Below, piece after piece: positions 12,420 through 25,824 of a stretch of 64,000 nucleotides of DNA. The notes beneath the pieces are model-generated. The model was not told the DNA's origin. It saw only the letters and a list, made by a program, of their open reading frames with translations, and ran no database searches. Both the position numbers and the translations under genes were made by a program. The stretch lies in assembly GCA_009602725.1 (NCBI GenBank), contig WELB01000008.1, forward strand, positions 181,048 to 245,047, in the 5' to 3' direction. The stretch comes from Spirogloea muscicola. Its lineage: Eukaryota. How positions within the stretch are numbered: the stretch's first letter is position 1; the number at the start of each line of letters is the position of its first letter.

Positions 12420-13490
12420 AATTGAGAGCATACTGTGCCCCGGATGTCATAGCCGACCCCTCATGCCTACTTTCGAAGCACTTACTTGCAGCTCACCGCA
12501 TAGGTGCCTTGAAGCAGGCCACTCTAGGAGGCCTCATGCAGGCATTCTGCACAGTATCCACATTGTCCACATGAATCTCTACAGTCTATACAGCTATATT
12601 TGGCATCAGCATGGTCATTGCTGAAGTTAGGCGTTATATTTGGCACCAGCACTACACAGAATTGGGTGAAAGTTTGCACCTCTGTCCATCCAATCTGTGT
12701 CATGATGACTTCATTTACCGATGACATCCTTGATAATTACATCCAGAGGTCCATCTTGAGCGCCAACCACTACATCAAGTTCATTTGTCATCTCCGATTC
12801 TTCTGGAGCAAGACACTTCAGTCAAATAGCCGTGGCTCTGCAGGCACTCGTATATATATTCGTGCATGTCTGGTCGCTTGATCGGTGACATCGTGCACAA
12901 CCTGCCCAGCTACTCAAGCAAAGCCTGCTTGTGCATGTCTGTCGAGTCTGCCTCTCAGCAACGCCCTAAGTAGCTGACAAAAGCCGCTTACGTTGCACAC
13001 AAGCTAGGGGCCATGACAAGCTAGGGCCAGAGCCGTGCCTGTGATGGCGGCGGGCGGACCTAAGGGCCGCCACTCAATCTGCATGCAGATCAGGCACCAG
13101 CGCCGTCAGCCAGTACGAAGAGCTGGCCGTTGATCAATTTCCTCTGCCTGTGCCTCTCCCCCTTCTCCGCTGGAACACAGACGTGTGACCGGGCGCCTCC
13201 CATATGACCAGATGGTTGTCCTCCCCTCCCTCAGCCCTCCTGCCACCCCCGCCTCCGCCATTGGCTGACCAGGCGACCGCAGAAGAGCCCCCGGACGACG
13301 AGAGGGCGGGCGGCATAGGCGGCGGTGCTGCGCCTGCAGGCGGCCGAGACGAGGCGTCCGGATCTGCGGATCTGGAGGCTTCGGCGCGCTGCCTGCCCGA
13401 CCTTTGTGAACATGCATGCATGAGACAATGCGGAGCCGGACCTGAGTCGCCGGGCAGCGAGCCGGCGGCGGGGCTTCGCGCGCGCGACAG

Positions 13491-15329
13491 ATGAAGTGCA
13501 ACGGCTGCTGGAAGCCCCTGGACGGCCGCGCTATTGCTACCACCTGTGGCCACATCTTCTGTGAGCAAGCTGCAGTGCCTAGCTGCATCTACGTTTCTGC
13601 AGTCCTCTCTATTCCTCCAGAAGCAGTAACCTCGCTTCTTGCTGTCCATCAACTGACCTGTTGGACACATCCAAGTGGTGCTGGAGATCCTTGTGTAATG
13701 CGGAAGTTGGCCCTGATCTTGAAAGCCAGGCACGGATGATGCAAGTCGGATTCTGCAAGCTGGGACATGCCCGCTCTGCGAGCACGCTCTGTCCAAAAGG
13801 TGTAGCACGCGGCATCAATGAATGTTGAACAAGCCGACTGTTGACACATGACCTTGTTTTGTTGTCATGTCGATGTTACGTAGACTGAGTGACAAATGCT
13901 GCGTATATGCTGCTTCTGGACTAGCATCAGTACCTTCAGGCTAGTCAGCTCACATATGCAGCACTGCATCATGAGTGACAAATGCTGCGTATATGCTGCT
14001 TCTTGACTAGCATCAGTACCTTCAGGCTAGTCAGCTCACATATGCAGCACTGCATCATGCAGCAACATGAAGGCTGTCGACATGAGCCCCTCTGATGACT
14101 GGATAAATGTACTCCTCGTTGCTCCTACTGTATGCTCATTGTGCTGGTTCGCTGGTTGCTCGTATCAGCCACTCACCTTCTCAAAATTACTTATCATGCT
14201 GCTGGCTATGATTGTGCAAACCTTTCAAACAAGCTGCAGGTCCGATTTATGAATTGATGACTACGACTTGATGACTAAGACTTGGTTGTGGTGCTCATGC
14301 TGGTGAACCAGATGATCATGGCTGGTATCCCTCCTCACAGCAGTATCCTAACTTCAGCTTGTGACTACCTCCAACCTAGCATGATAGAAGTCTCTTTAGG
14401 CGGCCTAATTGCAATACCAAGACGCAGTATCCCCACAACCTTGCGATGTGGATGGCCGGAAAAGTGCTGCCATGTGAGCCTTGACCTGGACGCAGTAATG
14501 AAAAGTGCGTTCAAGGGTGTAGTCTTCTGGATCGGGCAAAAGGATGTCGAGTCCCAGGTGACCGTTACCAAGGCAGTGCAGTTGAAGGCCAGGTTCGAGG
14601 AGGTTCAAGCAAAGTACCTAGAGAAGCTAGAGCAGGTCCATGCTGCCTACCAGAAAGCCATGAAGAGGGCTCAAGCCCTTGAACATGAAAAGGAGAGCCT
14701 TGTAAAGGACAGAACGGAATTGCAAGAGAAGTACTCTGAAAAGTCCAGGTGAGGGCTTCCGCTGAGTGCTCCTGCTGGTTGATGTCTTAGTCCTAGTCGT
14801 TCGCACTCAAGCTCCCTTAGACCTTGTCCATTCTTTTGGGCTGGCCTTTCCCAGCCACCAGTCAATCTGGCCGCGCTTTCTTCCTGCTTGCCCTGCATAC
14901 TTGGTCAAGCGATGGCAGCTGAGCAACAATGGCATTCCTTTTGAGTGCACTGTGTGTGACAGACAGAAAAGAAAGCTGGAGGAGATGTACGACTCGCTGA
15001 AATCAGAGTATGACTTATTAAAGAGGGGGACCATCATGCCATCCAGTGGCCGGAGGGAGCGCACATCGCTATTTGATGCACGGCCTCTATCAGCAGGCAA
15101 CATGAACATGCCGAGAGACAGGACGCCAGTCTTTGATGCGCCATCCCTGCCCCCACGGGCGCGCACAGGAGGTAGCCCTGCCGGCTTGAGCCCCTCAATT
15201 CATTACCGAGCTTCGCCATTCCCCACCGCAGACACCTCAGTCTTCACTCCCACTACTACCAATCCATCAAATGCCTTGCGGAACCTCCTCTTATCTCCTT
15301 TAAGGAAATGGCCACGGCAGAGTAGGTGA
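13491..15329 (+). CDS. HEI10: HEI10/CCNB1IP1 RING E3 ligase (meiotic crossover ZMM protein)
   Basis: MKCNGCWKPLDGRAIATTCGHIFCTDDASRILQAGTCPLCEHALSKSNMKAVDMSPSDDWINMIMAGIPPHSIMKSAF...KLEQVHAAYQK...ELQEKYSEKSRQKRKLEEMYDSLKSEY matches plant HEI10. Confidence 0.95.
13886..14057. repeat. 86-bp tandem duplication in a HEI10 intron
   Basis: tgagtgacaaatgctgcg...gcactgcatca at 13886 and 13972, one mismatch seen. Confidence 0.95.
14811..14880. repeat. Intronic copy of the mosaic palindromic repeat
   Basis: gaccttgtccattcttttgggctggcctttcccagccaccagtcaatctggccgcgc matches 60698-60820 minus one internal unit. Confidence 0.85.
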
Positions 15330-16048
15330 TTGTGGCGGCACCAAGCGGCTGTATACGTCTTGCATGGCAAGGCAAGGCACACAGTACTTGCAGCAAAGCA
15401 TGATAACGGACGACATGACATTGATGGCTGATTCAGTGCCAGTAGACTGTCAAGCCGGAGTACAACGTGCACAACAAGAAAGATGTAGCGAAGGTTAATG
15501 TAGGAAGGTGCACAGCTGGCCCACAAGCAACATCACCTCAACCAAAACGAGGGAGGTAGAGTACATGGCAGCTAACCATCCGGAGCCGCAGAGAGGCTAC
15601 TCAAGCAGCATGATGAGCTTCACTATTGGAAGCTGGAAAGGTGGCAAGTTTGGCGGGTGCCTGAGTGGCACATTGAGGCCAAATAATGGGAAGATGAGGC
15701 AATAATGGGGCAGCATACCGCAGGCTCGTCCAGGCGAGCTGATGCTGCGGAGCAGGGGTGCGTGCCGGGGGCACGGGCAGAGCGCCGCGGCAGGAGTAAT
15801 CTGTATCTACAAAAACAGTGGCACAATCGCTCTGTAGGCTTGCCAGACGTGCGGCGCTGGTGCAGATTGTTACATGTCAACCAAGACCAGTGCTAAGAGG
15901 CACCCAGCGAAGCCAAGAGAGAGATTATGCGGAGAGAGAGCAGCAATGACAGTTATGCAGCCCTCTGCGATTGGTCTACTGCTGCAGCACTCCAGCAAAG
16001 AATGCGTTGCAATGTGTCGCAGACCACGCCTCAAGCTGGCAACCTGCC

Positions 16049-18155
16049 TCACAGGGTGTGCACAACATTGCCGCCAGGGTGAGGGAGGCTCTTCTCCTTG
16101 ACCAGCTGGGCATTTCCAGCGGGAAGCTGGTACAGCGCCGACTCCTGGTAGGCGGCGCTAGGGGGTGGCGCCGGCGTCTCGCCACGAGACCGGAATGTGA
16201 AGCACGGTGGCGCGGGCGGGCTGAGATCATGGTCATCAGGCCCCACGCGCGTGTTCTTGTGTGCTGATGGCGGGGTGCGCTCCCATGACAATCGTTTTGC
16301 AAGGCTCTCAGCAATCTCCACGAAGCTCGCGCGACGCGGCCGGTGTGACTGCGGCCCAGTCATCGAGTAGCACAGTCCGGAGCCCTTCTCGCCTGTCATG
16401 GAGAACCGGCGAAGCCCATGGTCTGCCAACGGCTGCAGATGCCGCTTGGGCTGCAAAGTGAAGCCCTTTTTCACAAGGAGGGCGCCGAAGGGATATCCAA
16501 CTTCGACCTGGAACACCTGCCGGAGGAGACATGGTGACAGTAGGAGTAGCCTCAGGCCATCATTCGAGAAAGTCATAAGGCAATGTGCACGACTTCACAA
16601 AACAATGTAGTGGGTCAGGAGGAGGTATTGCTTGCTGACCTTGCTGAAAGAGCAGGCAACGAAGTCTGGCTTGTATGAGTGCAGGTCCAGGAGCTCCAGG
16701 TCGGAGGCCGACATGTCAGTGCCATCGAGCAGAACGTGCCAGCCTGTATTGTGTGCCTCAACGATCCAATCAAGCTTGTCACGCAGGCCCGACACACGCG
16801 CCTGCGAGGGCAACACGAAGAGCCCGCGTGTCGCTTCGGATGTGGTTGGCGGCAGCGGCGCTGGCGGCGGCAGGCTGCCCTCCTTGCGGCGCGCACCGCC
16901 ACTGGCTCCGATGTCGCCGACCAGCAGCCGCCGCAAACCAGGCCCATTGACGCTCATGTCTAGCCAGCTAGAGATGGGCGCCGCCGCGACTCGCGTGCCT
17001 GCCTCGCGTGCATGCTTGTGTGCAGCCTCAAGGAAGCCTGTGGCACCACTCTGGTGGTGCTCGTATGCAGTCACAAGCGCCATTGATTTGGTGAAGGGGA
17101 AGCATGACGCCACCAGCTGCGTGAGAGATAAGAGGGAGGAGCAACGGAGGGGCCTGTCAGAGACCTGGGTCTCCAATGCCTTGAATGCCCAATCTAGCAT
17201 CTGAAGCCAGCGTCAGCAAACGACGAGCCTGGCATGGCAGGGCATGGCAGTTGGAAGGTGCTTATCTGACACCGGCCCAAAGCTGAATTGCGACTTGAGT
17301 GGAGAAGGAACTGTCTCAAATGGGTAGCGGGAGGACAGTCACCTCGAGTGCTGCGGCGGCGTCGGCAGTGAGCAGCACAGCGTACTCCCCGTCGTTGATG
17401 TCCATGTACTCGAGTACCTTGGACCGTAGCTCGAACTCCTCCATCCCCTCATCAAGGGCCGCCTGCGCAGGATGCAAGTTGGCACGGTGTATGAGTATCC
17501 ACCATGCAGTGCCAAGCACAACCAAGCCTAACCGGCACAAATCGCGGAAGCGGCCAGCACATCGCCGCACAACAGGCTGAGCAGCCAATGGGGCTGCAAC
17601 GGGTGGCACGGCAGCCACAGATCTCAGGCCCGCACTGCAGTCACAGCGGCTTGGGCACGACAAAGCCGGCGACCATCGCGCCGCAGACGGCCATCCACCG
17701 CGGTCCCAGCCCTGGCTGGCGGCGCATGCAGCATGCTGCTGTGGCTTGCTCACCTGAGGTAGGCGGGTGAAGTCCACGAGCTCCGTGCCGGTGCGAAGGA
17801 AGGCCGGTGCCGACTCGAGCGGCTGTACCACCTGCTGCACGGGCCACGCAGAGGGGAGAGCCCGCCGTCTCCGAAGGGTCAGCAGAGGCCCGTGTGACCT
17901 GATGGCTTGCCGCCATGTGTGGCGAGACATAAGCACTGGCTGGCGATGGCCGCCCACTTGGGCGGCGGCACGGCTGTGGGCTTTGCTGTGCCGAACGCTC
18001 ACCCTATCTCGGGCGCCCGGCCTGCCTGAGTACGCGGCGGGCGTCGGGCCTGCGGTCGCGCCCCTGGCTGCCGCCGCTGCCGCCACCGGCGCCGGGGCCG
18101 GCGCCGCCGGCTTCTTCTGCCTCATGCCCAGGAGCGAGCGCCACGACCTGCCCAT
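16049..18155 (-). CDS. Molybdenum cofactor sulfurase-like PLP-dependent transferase
   Basis: ELRSKVLEYMDINDGEYAVLLTA, LVTAYEH, RGLFVLPSQARVSG, GWHVLLDG...DLHSYKPDFVACSFSKVF...FGALLVKK are family motifs. The 3' end is uncertain. Confidence 0.78.
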
Positions 18156-18710
18156 GGCTGGCTGCCCTGGGGGGCCGCCTCGCCGCCGTGCGGCAGCCGC
18201 AACGCGAGAGCCGGCGGCTTCCACAGAGCGGGCTGTGGGCCTGTCGGAGCGCGCCGTCGACGATCCACGAAACTCGGCTGTCAGCCCGCCGCCGCGGCGC
18301 CGGCCGGGTCCCCGCCGCCGTCCGTGCCCGCCGCGGCAGCCATGGACGCCGCCTCGCTCGCCTCTGCGCGGGCTCCACCACGGCGACGGCGGCGTCGGCG
18401 GCGGCGGGAAGCGATGTTGGGGGGGAGGAGGAAGTTTGAGAAACGGGGAGCGGTACGTTCGAGGTGGGGGGGGTGCGGATCGGAAGCTCGCCTCCCATTG
18501 GCCGCCGGGGCGCGGGCGGGAGGGCCCGCCAAGGGGGCGGCCCCAAGGGGGGGCCGCCTCCAGCCACACGTCCCGCCCGGCCGGCCCCCGCCGCGCGATG
18601 CGCCATCGGACGGCGCGCCGCGCGCGGCACCGCGGGGCCCCGATCGCCGCCCGCCCCCAGATACTACGCCCCGAATGGGGGCAGTTTCCGGCGCTCGGAT
18701 CGCCGCCACN

Positions 18711-20476
18711 AAGCTTCAAACCAGTGCCACATGAAGAGCGCCCATCATATATAGCATTTGCTTGAGAGAGATCCAATGGAGGTTCAGCTAGACCTGACCT
18801 CTAAGAGAAGGGAATGGTGCTCCCCTTTGGGAGGTGATTGGGACTTAGCTCCTGCTTCAGCTGGATTAACAGATGCTGACAGCTCTGTCTTTATTTGGGT
18901 AGCTAGCACAGGAGCAAATTGCGTCTCCAGGTTGATTTTGAATCCATCTGTGATCACTGTCCTGCACCAACTTACATGAAGCTTAGCAATCAAGGTCCAA
19001 CGCGTATGCTTTCATAAACGCAGAAGAGCGAAGAGATGTGGAGAGCTTGTGAGAGCTAGCTGGGATTATTGAGGCCATCAAGGACAGCTCACAAACCTGT
19101 CAAGATGGATGGCCAAAGTTGGTATTCGTATGATTGGCTGCATCACCTTCACAAGCTCGTGCCGAAGCTCCCCTCCCTAGTCAAAGCCAGAGAAGACATG
19201 GATGATCTGTCAGCAGAGTGTCAAATCAAAAGTGAAGCTCAATTTGGCAGCACGTCACAAAGGCAAGGCTCCATGGAAATGATTCCACTATGACTCCTGG
19301 GATCTACCCCCAAGCAATGGGGACAGCAACAACCTCTTCTAATTGACAATCTCAAAAGCTTGTTCTTAGGCCAGAGGGAAGGCCTAGGACTCCAGACTGA
19401 GGAAGACACCTGGCTCCGAAGTAGGACGCGACCAGCAACTGATAGGTCTCTGTCAAACCAAGTATGCCAAAGTCCTCCTCCATATGTTTGCACGCCCACG
19501 CTCAGATACCCGCTCTTCGTCAGGAGCGACACAGGTTTTAGCTTTGGGCAAGGGCTATCCGTATGTGCAGCAATGATGTTGAAACCACTTCCAGCCTGGC
19601 ACCTGTGTTGGCCAATGCAGGCTCGTCAGGTACTGCATAAAGACATGAGTGAGCACAATGCTGCTGCTCATCTCGACTTGTGTTGAACTTGCTCTGAGCA
19701 AGTAGAGCGTACTCACAGCAGTGAACTTACTTGTTCCCAATAGCAAAGGCGATTATCGAAGACATGTTGCGCGTGAAGAAGTAGCGGCCCCCAGCTTCAA
19801 GGTCCCACTCATCCTCTTCTTTGAGCTGCTGGAATCCAGAAGCTAGCAGCCTTTTTCTGGTCTCAGCTGCAAGACGTGCGAAGTTCTCTTCAACAGCTGG
19901 TCAACCCCGGGAGCACAATGTACATGCAACTGGCACATCAGCAGTATTGGTCTTGACGACAACAACTCCTGCTTGCGCCTGCTTATCTCCTCAACTAGCA
20001 CACAATGCAGGCCACCCACCTGTTGCATGGAAAGGCGTCCAGGATGTGTTCAGATATTTGAGAAGGTCTTGGACGAGCTGCAATTCCTCGTCCTTCCTGG
20101 CCTGCTCCTGCGCGGCTTCAGCTGCTGCACCCTGTCCAGGGGGATGGCAAGCATTAGCAGGCAATAGTAAATGAAATCCCCGCTACATCCGAGTTAGAGA
20201 GGGAATAGCATAGACAAGGAAGGATCGACGACGCACATTAGCCACGTCCTCCTTCACCGTCACTCCTCCTGCAGCCTCGTCAATGGCCGAGCCCGTTGAT
20301 GTAGATGCTGAGACGCGCCGAGCTGCAGAGCTAGGCCTCCTCTCGCAAAGGAGCTGCCGCCGCCTCGGGCACCAAGAGAAGGGCATAGCGGTGCCGGCGG
20401 CGTGAGGCGACCTTCGGCTGCTGAGCGGACCAGCACAGCCGGGAGTCGAGGGCGAGCAGCCGGCTCGTCGGGCCAG
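18711..20476 (-). CDS. DNPEP: Aspartyl aminopeptidase (M18), partial: 3' half missing at the N join 18710, start obscured by the A run
   Basis: YLNTSWTPFHA, YFFTRNMSSIIAFAIG, IAAHTDSPCPKLKP, VGVQTYGGGLWHTWFDRDLSVAGRV, PIIRIPTLAIHLDR, HHSLLL. Confidence 0.92.
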
Positions 20477-21322
<846 letters not shown>

Positions 21323-22120
21323 CATGAGGCGGGCATTTGCGCTGCAACTCGCTTGGGCGCCACGTGGGTCAGACGACCATTGTGAGCGCGATCTTTTCTA
21401 TGACGACCTGCGTGCACGCATTGCGACGCCTCAAGCCTATTCATGGTGCTCGCAGCCATCGGCGCAGCGCAGTGGTGGAGTTAATTCTCCAAGTCGTCCT
21501 CCTAGTGCCACCACTGCAAGTGTGATAGTTGCACCACCAAGTTGGCGTGCAAGGCCTTGTGCTCCCAGGTATGCTGCATGGGGATTGAGCCGAGAGTTGA
21601 TCATGCTGTCTCACGGAGCAGCACCATCGTGTAAATGACCCACTGCGCACTCTGGTAGATCCTCAACCTGAGGCTGTCAAGGTTCACTTCCAAGTGCTTG
21701 AAAATCCATCATAAATCGGCTCACGAGGAATCTATAATACAAAGTCAATTTCAGGAGGCCTAGTGCGCCGGTGCTTAGCCAGAGACTAAAGCGAGTGCCA
21801 ACTGCTGCCTGTCAAGTCGAGCTGGAGGAGCGTAATGCAACCCGTGGCAGAGATGCTATGCTGCTGGCAGGCACAGTACAGTCCCGTCATTACATGCGCT
21901 GGTGATGTCTTGGGATGTACTAAGCCTGATAATGACCAGACGTGTGCAGCGAGCTCCTTCTGCGCAAGTGCGCACCTATGACAGCATTGCTTGCAAGCAC
22001 GCTGACAGCACAATATCAAAACAGTGGAGGAGGGCCATCCAACTGCACAACTTTGGCAACTTTGCCCTTGCTGTAGCCAGGCACTGAGACGTAGACAGTG
22101 GTTGGAAGTTTGCAGCTCTG

Positions 22121-25100
22121 TCACCGCACGTTAGGGTCAAACTCGCCCAGGTATATCTGCTTGTCGCTTGAGCATGATCCAATGATGGGCTCCATTGGGT
22201 GGAAAGCCGCCTCATTGACTGACCCCACGTGGCCTGGCAGCTGCACTCAAGCAGGGAAGGTGCACATTGTCAATATGCTGCGCCTCAACCCCAAGATGGT
22301 TGCACAAGCTTGGCACCCGTCTGACTCAAAATTTCAGAAAAGTACAAATCTACAACCTCACACATTCTCAAATGCACAACCTCACACTTCTGACAACTTG
22401 ACCGACTACTGAGGTCTGCATTTGAGATTACCAAGCCCTTGAAGCGACAAGTTAACGCGCATGGGAGAGAGTCTATCAGCTACGGCAGTGCTGACCAGCC
22501 TGAAGAGCCTGTGCATTCATAGTTTAGGTCTGACCATTTGGTCCATATATGAAATCAATATTTGGACCAATAGTTGGACGAAAACGTCCACTGGACGGCA
22601 GGAATTAGCATTGGTCATGTCCCTCGCATGAGCCCTTCAGACTGGGACAGAGGAGGATCAGACAGTGCAAACCTTGTACAAGATCCTTGCTGACTCGGCA
22701 TCCCAGATGTAGACCATGCGGTCAGAGCTCCCTGCTGTCACACGGCTGCCATCTGGTGACCAGGCGCAGCGGAGGAGGTTCTTCTCAAAGTTGTGCTGGT
22801 GGCCGACAAACGTCCTCATGCACCGGTCCTGCATGTGAGCGAGCGGAAACAGGCAACAAGCTTATGGACGTAACACGTGGATCACATGAGTACCTGGCGC
22901 GCCTTGATGGACCACTATGTAAGACACTACAGTAATTTAAGTATTGATCGCCTTCAAGGTGGCGTATGGTTGATAAGCATTGAATAAGAGTAGCAAGTAC
23001 TAACTACCAGTCTAAAGCCAGGGTTGCACCCTCCCCACAACAGGCTTGGACAGAGTTTTATGTAAGTGAGGCTGCATGAAATGCGGACCCTGAAGGTGAT
23101 CACGACCACTTGAACAAGCTTTAAGTGATGAAATCCACCATAGAGAATGAGACATTGGCTGACTTGGAGCGTGAGAGTGGTACCTCAGGTGCATACGGTC
23201 GCAAATCCCAGAGCCGCAGGGTGCAGTCCATGGAGTTGGTGAGCAGGAAGGAGCCATCCGGGCTGAGGCTCATGCCCGTGATGCTGTCACCGTGGCCTCG
23301 GAGCACCAACGCGACCTCGCCCTGCCGAAGGTCCCACACCTTCACGTCGTTGTCAATGCCGCCAGTAAAGATTTTGTCGGCGTTCTCCGAAAACGATACC
23401 GCTAGGACCTGCATCAGAGAAGAGGCAATGCAGGAACTCTGTCAGTGGGCTCCTAACAACGCCTACCCCTGGCTGGGTATTGACACGCACCAGCCAAGCA
23501 CACCAGCCAAGCACGTCCTTTCGGGCTGTGTGCTCAAAGACCTCGTTAAGTCACAACTGATGGCCATGTAGGAAAGCAGAAGAGATACTGACTGGAAGAG
23601 ATGCGACGCCAGGAGAAAGTCAACCCTAGTGCCATTCAAGCAACTCTTGAGGACCAATTGCTGTGGACTGACAATGACTTGCACACTCCTCACAGGGACA
23701 GTCCTAAGGTCAGAGTTCAGTCTTCATTGCCACTTGAGAGCGGGAGGGTCACCCACTTGGTACTTGTCGGGGAATGACTGCAGGCAGCTGCGCTGGCGCT
23801 GGTCCCACAGCTTGGCCGTACCGTCATCGGAGCCGCTCACGATGAGGGGCGGGCCTTTGCTGGACGGGCAGATGCTGTTCACAAAGCTTGAATGCTCAGC
23901 CATCTTCTTGGCCTGCTCGCAGAAGACAGACCAAGAAGCCCCACAACCGGTGGCTGGTTAACAAGTGGCTAAAGCAGACTGCCAAGCTTGGCATGCACGG
24001 GTGAAATGCACGGCTACCCATGAATCTTATAATGTCCACTATGTCTGAACAAGACTGGCCGCGAATGGAGGGAGTAAGAGTACATAGCTCGAGTTGGACA
24101 CACGACGCTGCTTTCTGGATTGAGAGTGGCAGAGGCCCCCAAGATGCCAAAGTTGTCGAGGACCTCGGCAACCAAGCAATAAACCCCTAAGCCTCTAACC
24201 CTGGTATCAAAATCCTGTGTTTCACTCGGATGGAGAACATGGAGGGTGCCTCTGTCAAGTAACGCAGTAGTTACCTGCTTCCCAGTCTCGGCGTCCCACA
24301 CCCGGATGGTGTTGTCGGGCCCCGCAGAGAGTACACGAGTGCCGTCTGCAGACCAGTGCACGTCCAGAACGGCATTCTTGTGGCCGCGCAGGACCATGTA
24401 GTTTTGGCAGTCGCCCTCCGTCCTCCACAAAACTGCCCCAAGCGACACAGCATGCAAGGGCGGCAGAGAGAAGAGCTTGTCAGCGAGTGCGGCGCTGCTG
24501 AAGGTCCAGGGAGCTACGCTCGTCTACAGCTGCACCTTCAGTGGAAGCAACGGCACGGCGAGGTGACGGCGAGAGAGCCAGCGGTCCTCACAGACGTCTT
24601 TGTCCTGCGAGCCCGACGCAATGGTCTTGCCGTCGGGGCTGAACTTCATGCAGAACACGGCTGCCTGCAGGGAAGCTCCGCGGGCACGGCTCGGCACGGC
24701 TCAGCATGGCCAGGCCCTTCCGCGGCCTCGAGCTCAGCATGCAGCAGTAATGGGTTCAGGCCCCATTGCTCCGAGCAGCAATTCCACGCCACCGTTACGA
24801 AGTGGGCGAGCCCAGGTTACCGTAACACGGACGGCGGACTCCGACGCTAGCGGCTGAGTGCAAGACGTCGTCCCACGAGGGTTACGGGGAGCTCCGGCTG
24901 TCACAAGCGAGGCTGGGCTGGCCATGCAGCACGGCAGCGGCGGGGTGGGTGTCGAAGGACGGGACGGCGGCACACCGCGTGGCCGGTGAGGAGCATGATG
25001 GGCGACTCCAGGCTGGACGTCCGCCGCCCGCCCTGCTCCACAGCGCGCGGCCGCCGTCAGCCCCGCGGCAGCCGCTGTTAAGGGCTAGGGTTTAGGGTTA

Positions 25101-25409
25101 GGGGCTCAGGAGTTTAGGGTCTAGGCCCGCCGCGGCGGCTGGGACCGGAGCAGGGCGGCGGCGCCCGCGCTTCCGCCACTCCCAGCTGCGGCGGGCGCGG
25201 AGTGCAGGCGCAGGAGGCGCGCGCTCACATCCTTGGCCGCCGCGAGCTGCTTGCCGCCGCCGCTGGCCGCCGCCGGCGCTGCCGTCGCCGTTGGCGACGC
25301 CGGCGAGCTCCAAGGCCGTGCGCTGCCGCTTGGCCGGCACCAGCTGCTGTCCCAGCGCCTCGCCGCCGCCGCCGGCGTCCTCCTCCGGCGGCCGTTTTGG
25401 CGCGAGCAT
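22121..25409 (-). CDS. SNRNP40: U5 snRNP 40 kDa WD40 protein
   Basis: RTSSLESPIMLLTGH, NYMVLRGHKNAVLDVHW, KKMAEHSSFVNS, LLTNSMDCTLRLWDLRPYAP, GHQHNFEKNLLRCAWSPDG, LPGHVGSVNEAAFHPMEPIIGSCSSDKQIYLGE. Confidence 0.96.
25087..25120. promoter_or_regulatory. Telo-box-like (TTTAGGG) cluster in SNRNP40 intron 1
   Basis: tagggtttagggttaggggctcaggagtttagggt, which reads as AAACCCTA motifs on the sense strand. Confidence 0.45.
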
Positions 25410-25824
25410 GGCGCCAGCTGCGGCGTCCCGCGCGGGTGGGGTTTTACGGGAGCCCGCTGTCGCCACGTCGGCGCCGGAGTCCACGTGAGCTACCCACCTG
25501 CCTGGGTGGCGGCCACGCTGGCGGCCGAGGTGGCAATTCCCGAAGGGGCGGGCGGCGCCGCGAGCGGCACATGCCGCAGGAGCGCCCGAGGGAGCGGGTG
25601 CCGTGACAAAGCAAGCGGTACGTACTATGAAACATATCTTGTTCAAGTTCAGTCGACGAAGGGCGAGAGAAAAAAATGCGGCTGCTAACAATAACGAATC
25701 GGCTGTAAAGTGCCAGCCAGATGCATACAGGTGTTCATGACGGAGCCAAAGGCTAGGCAGACAGGGCGCCCTTAATACCCCTGTCAGCAGGTAGGAAGTC
25801 AGATGAGCTGAGGGGACAACCGCG

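Noticed and set aside
12700..13261. Possible small minus-strand gene divergent from HEI10
   Set aside because: Coding-like snippets exist, but I found no consistent splice model or recognisable homology.
17316..18776. 486-aa and overlapping Arg/Pro/Gly-rich ORFs
   Set aside because: GC-rich shadow frames crossing introns and an N join. Only parts belong to the MoCo-sulfurase-like gene.
22530..22600. Short inverted repeats in a SNRNP40 intron
   Set aside because: Too short and single-copy here to call a MITE.
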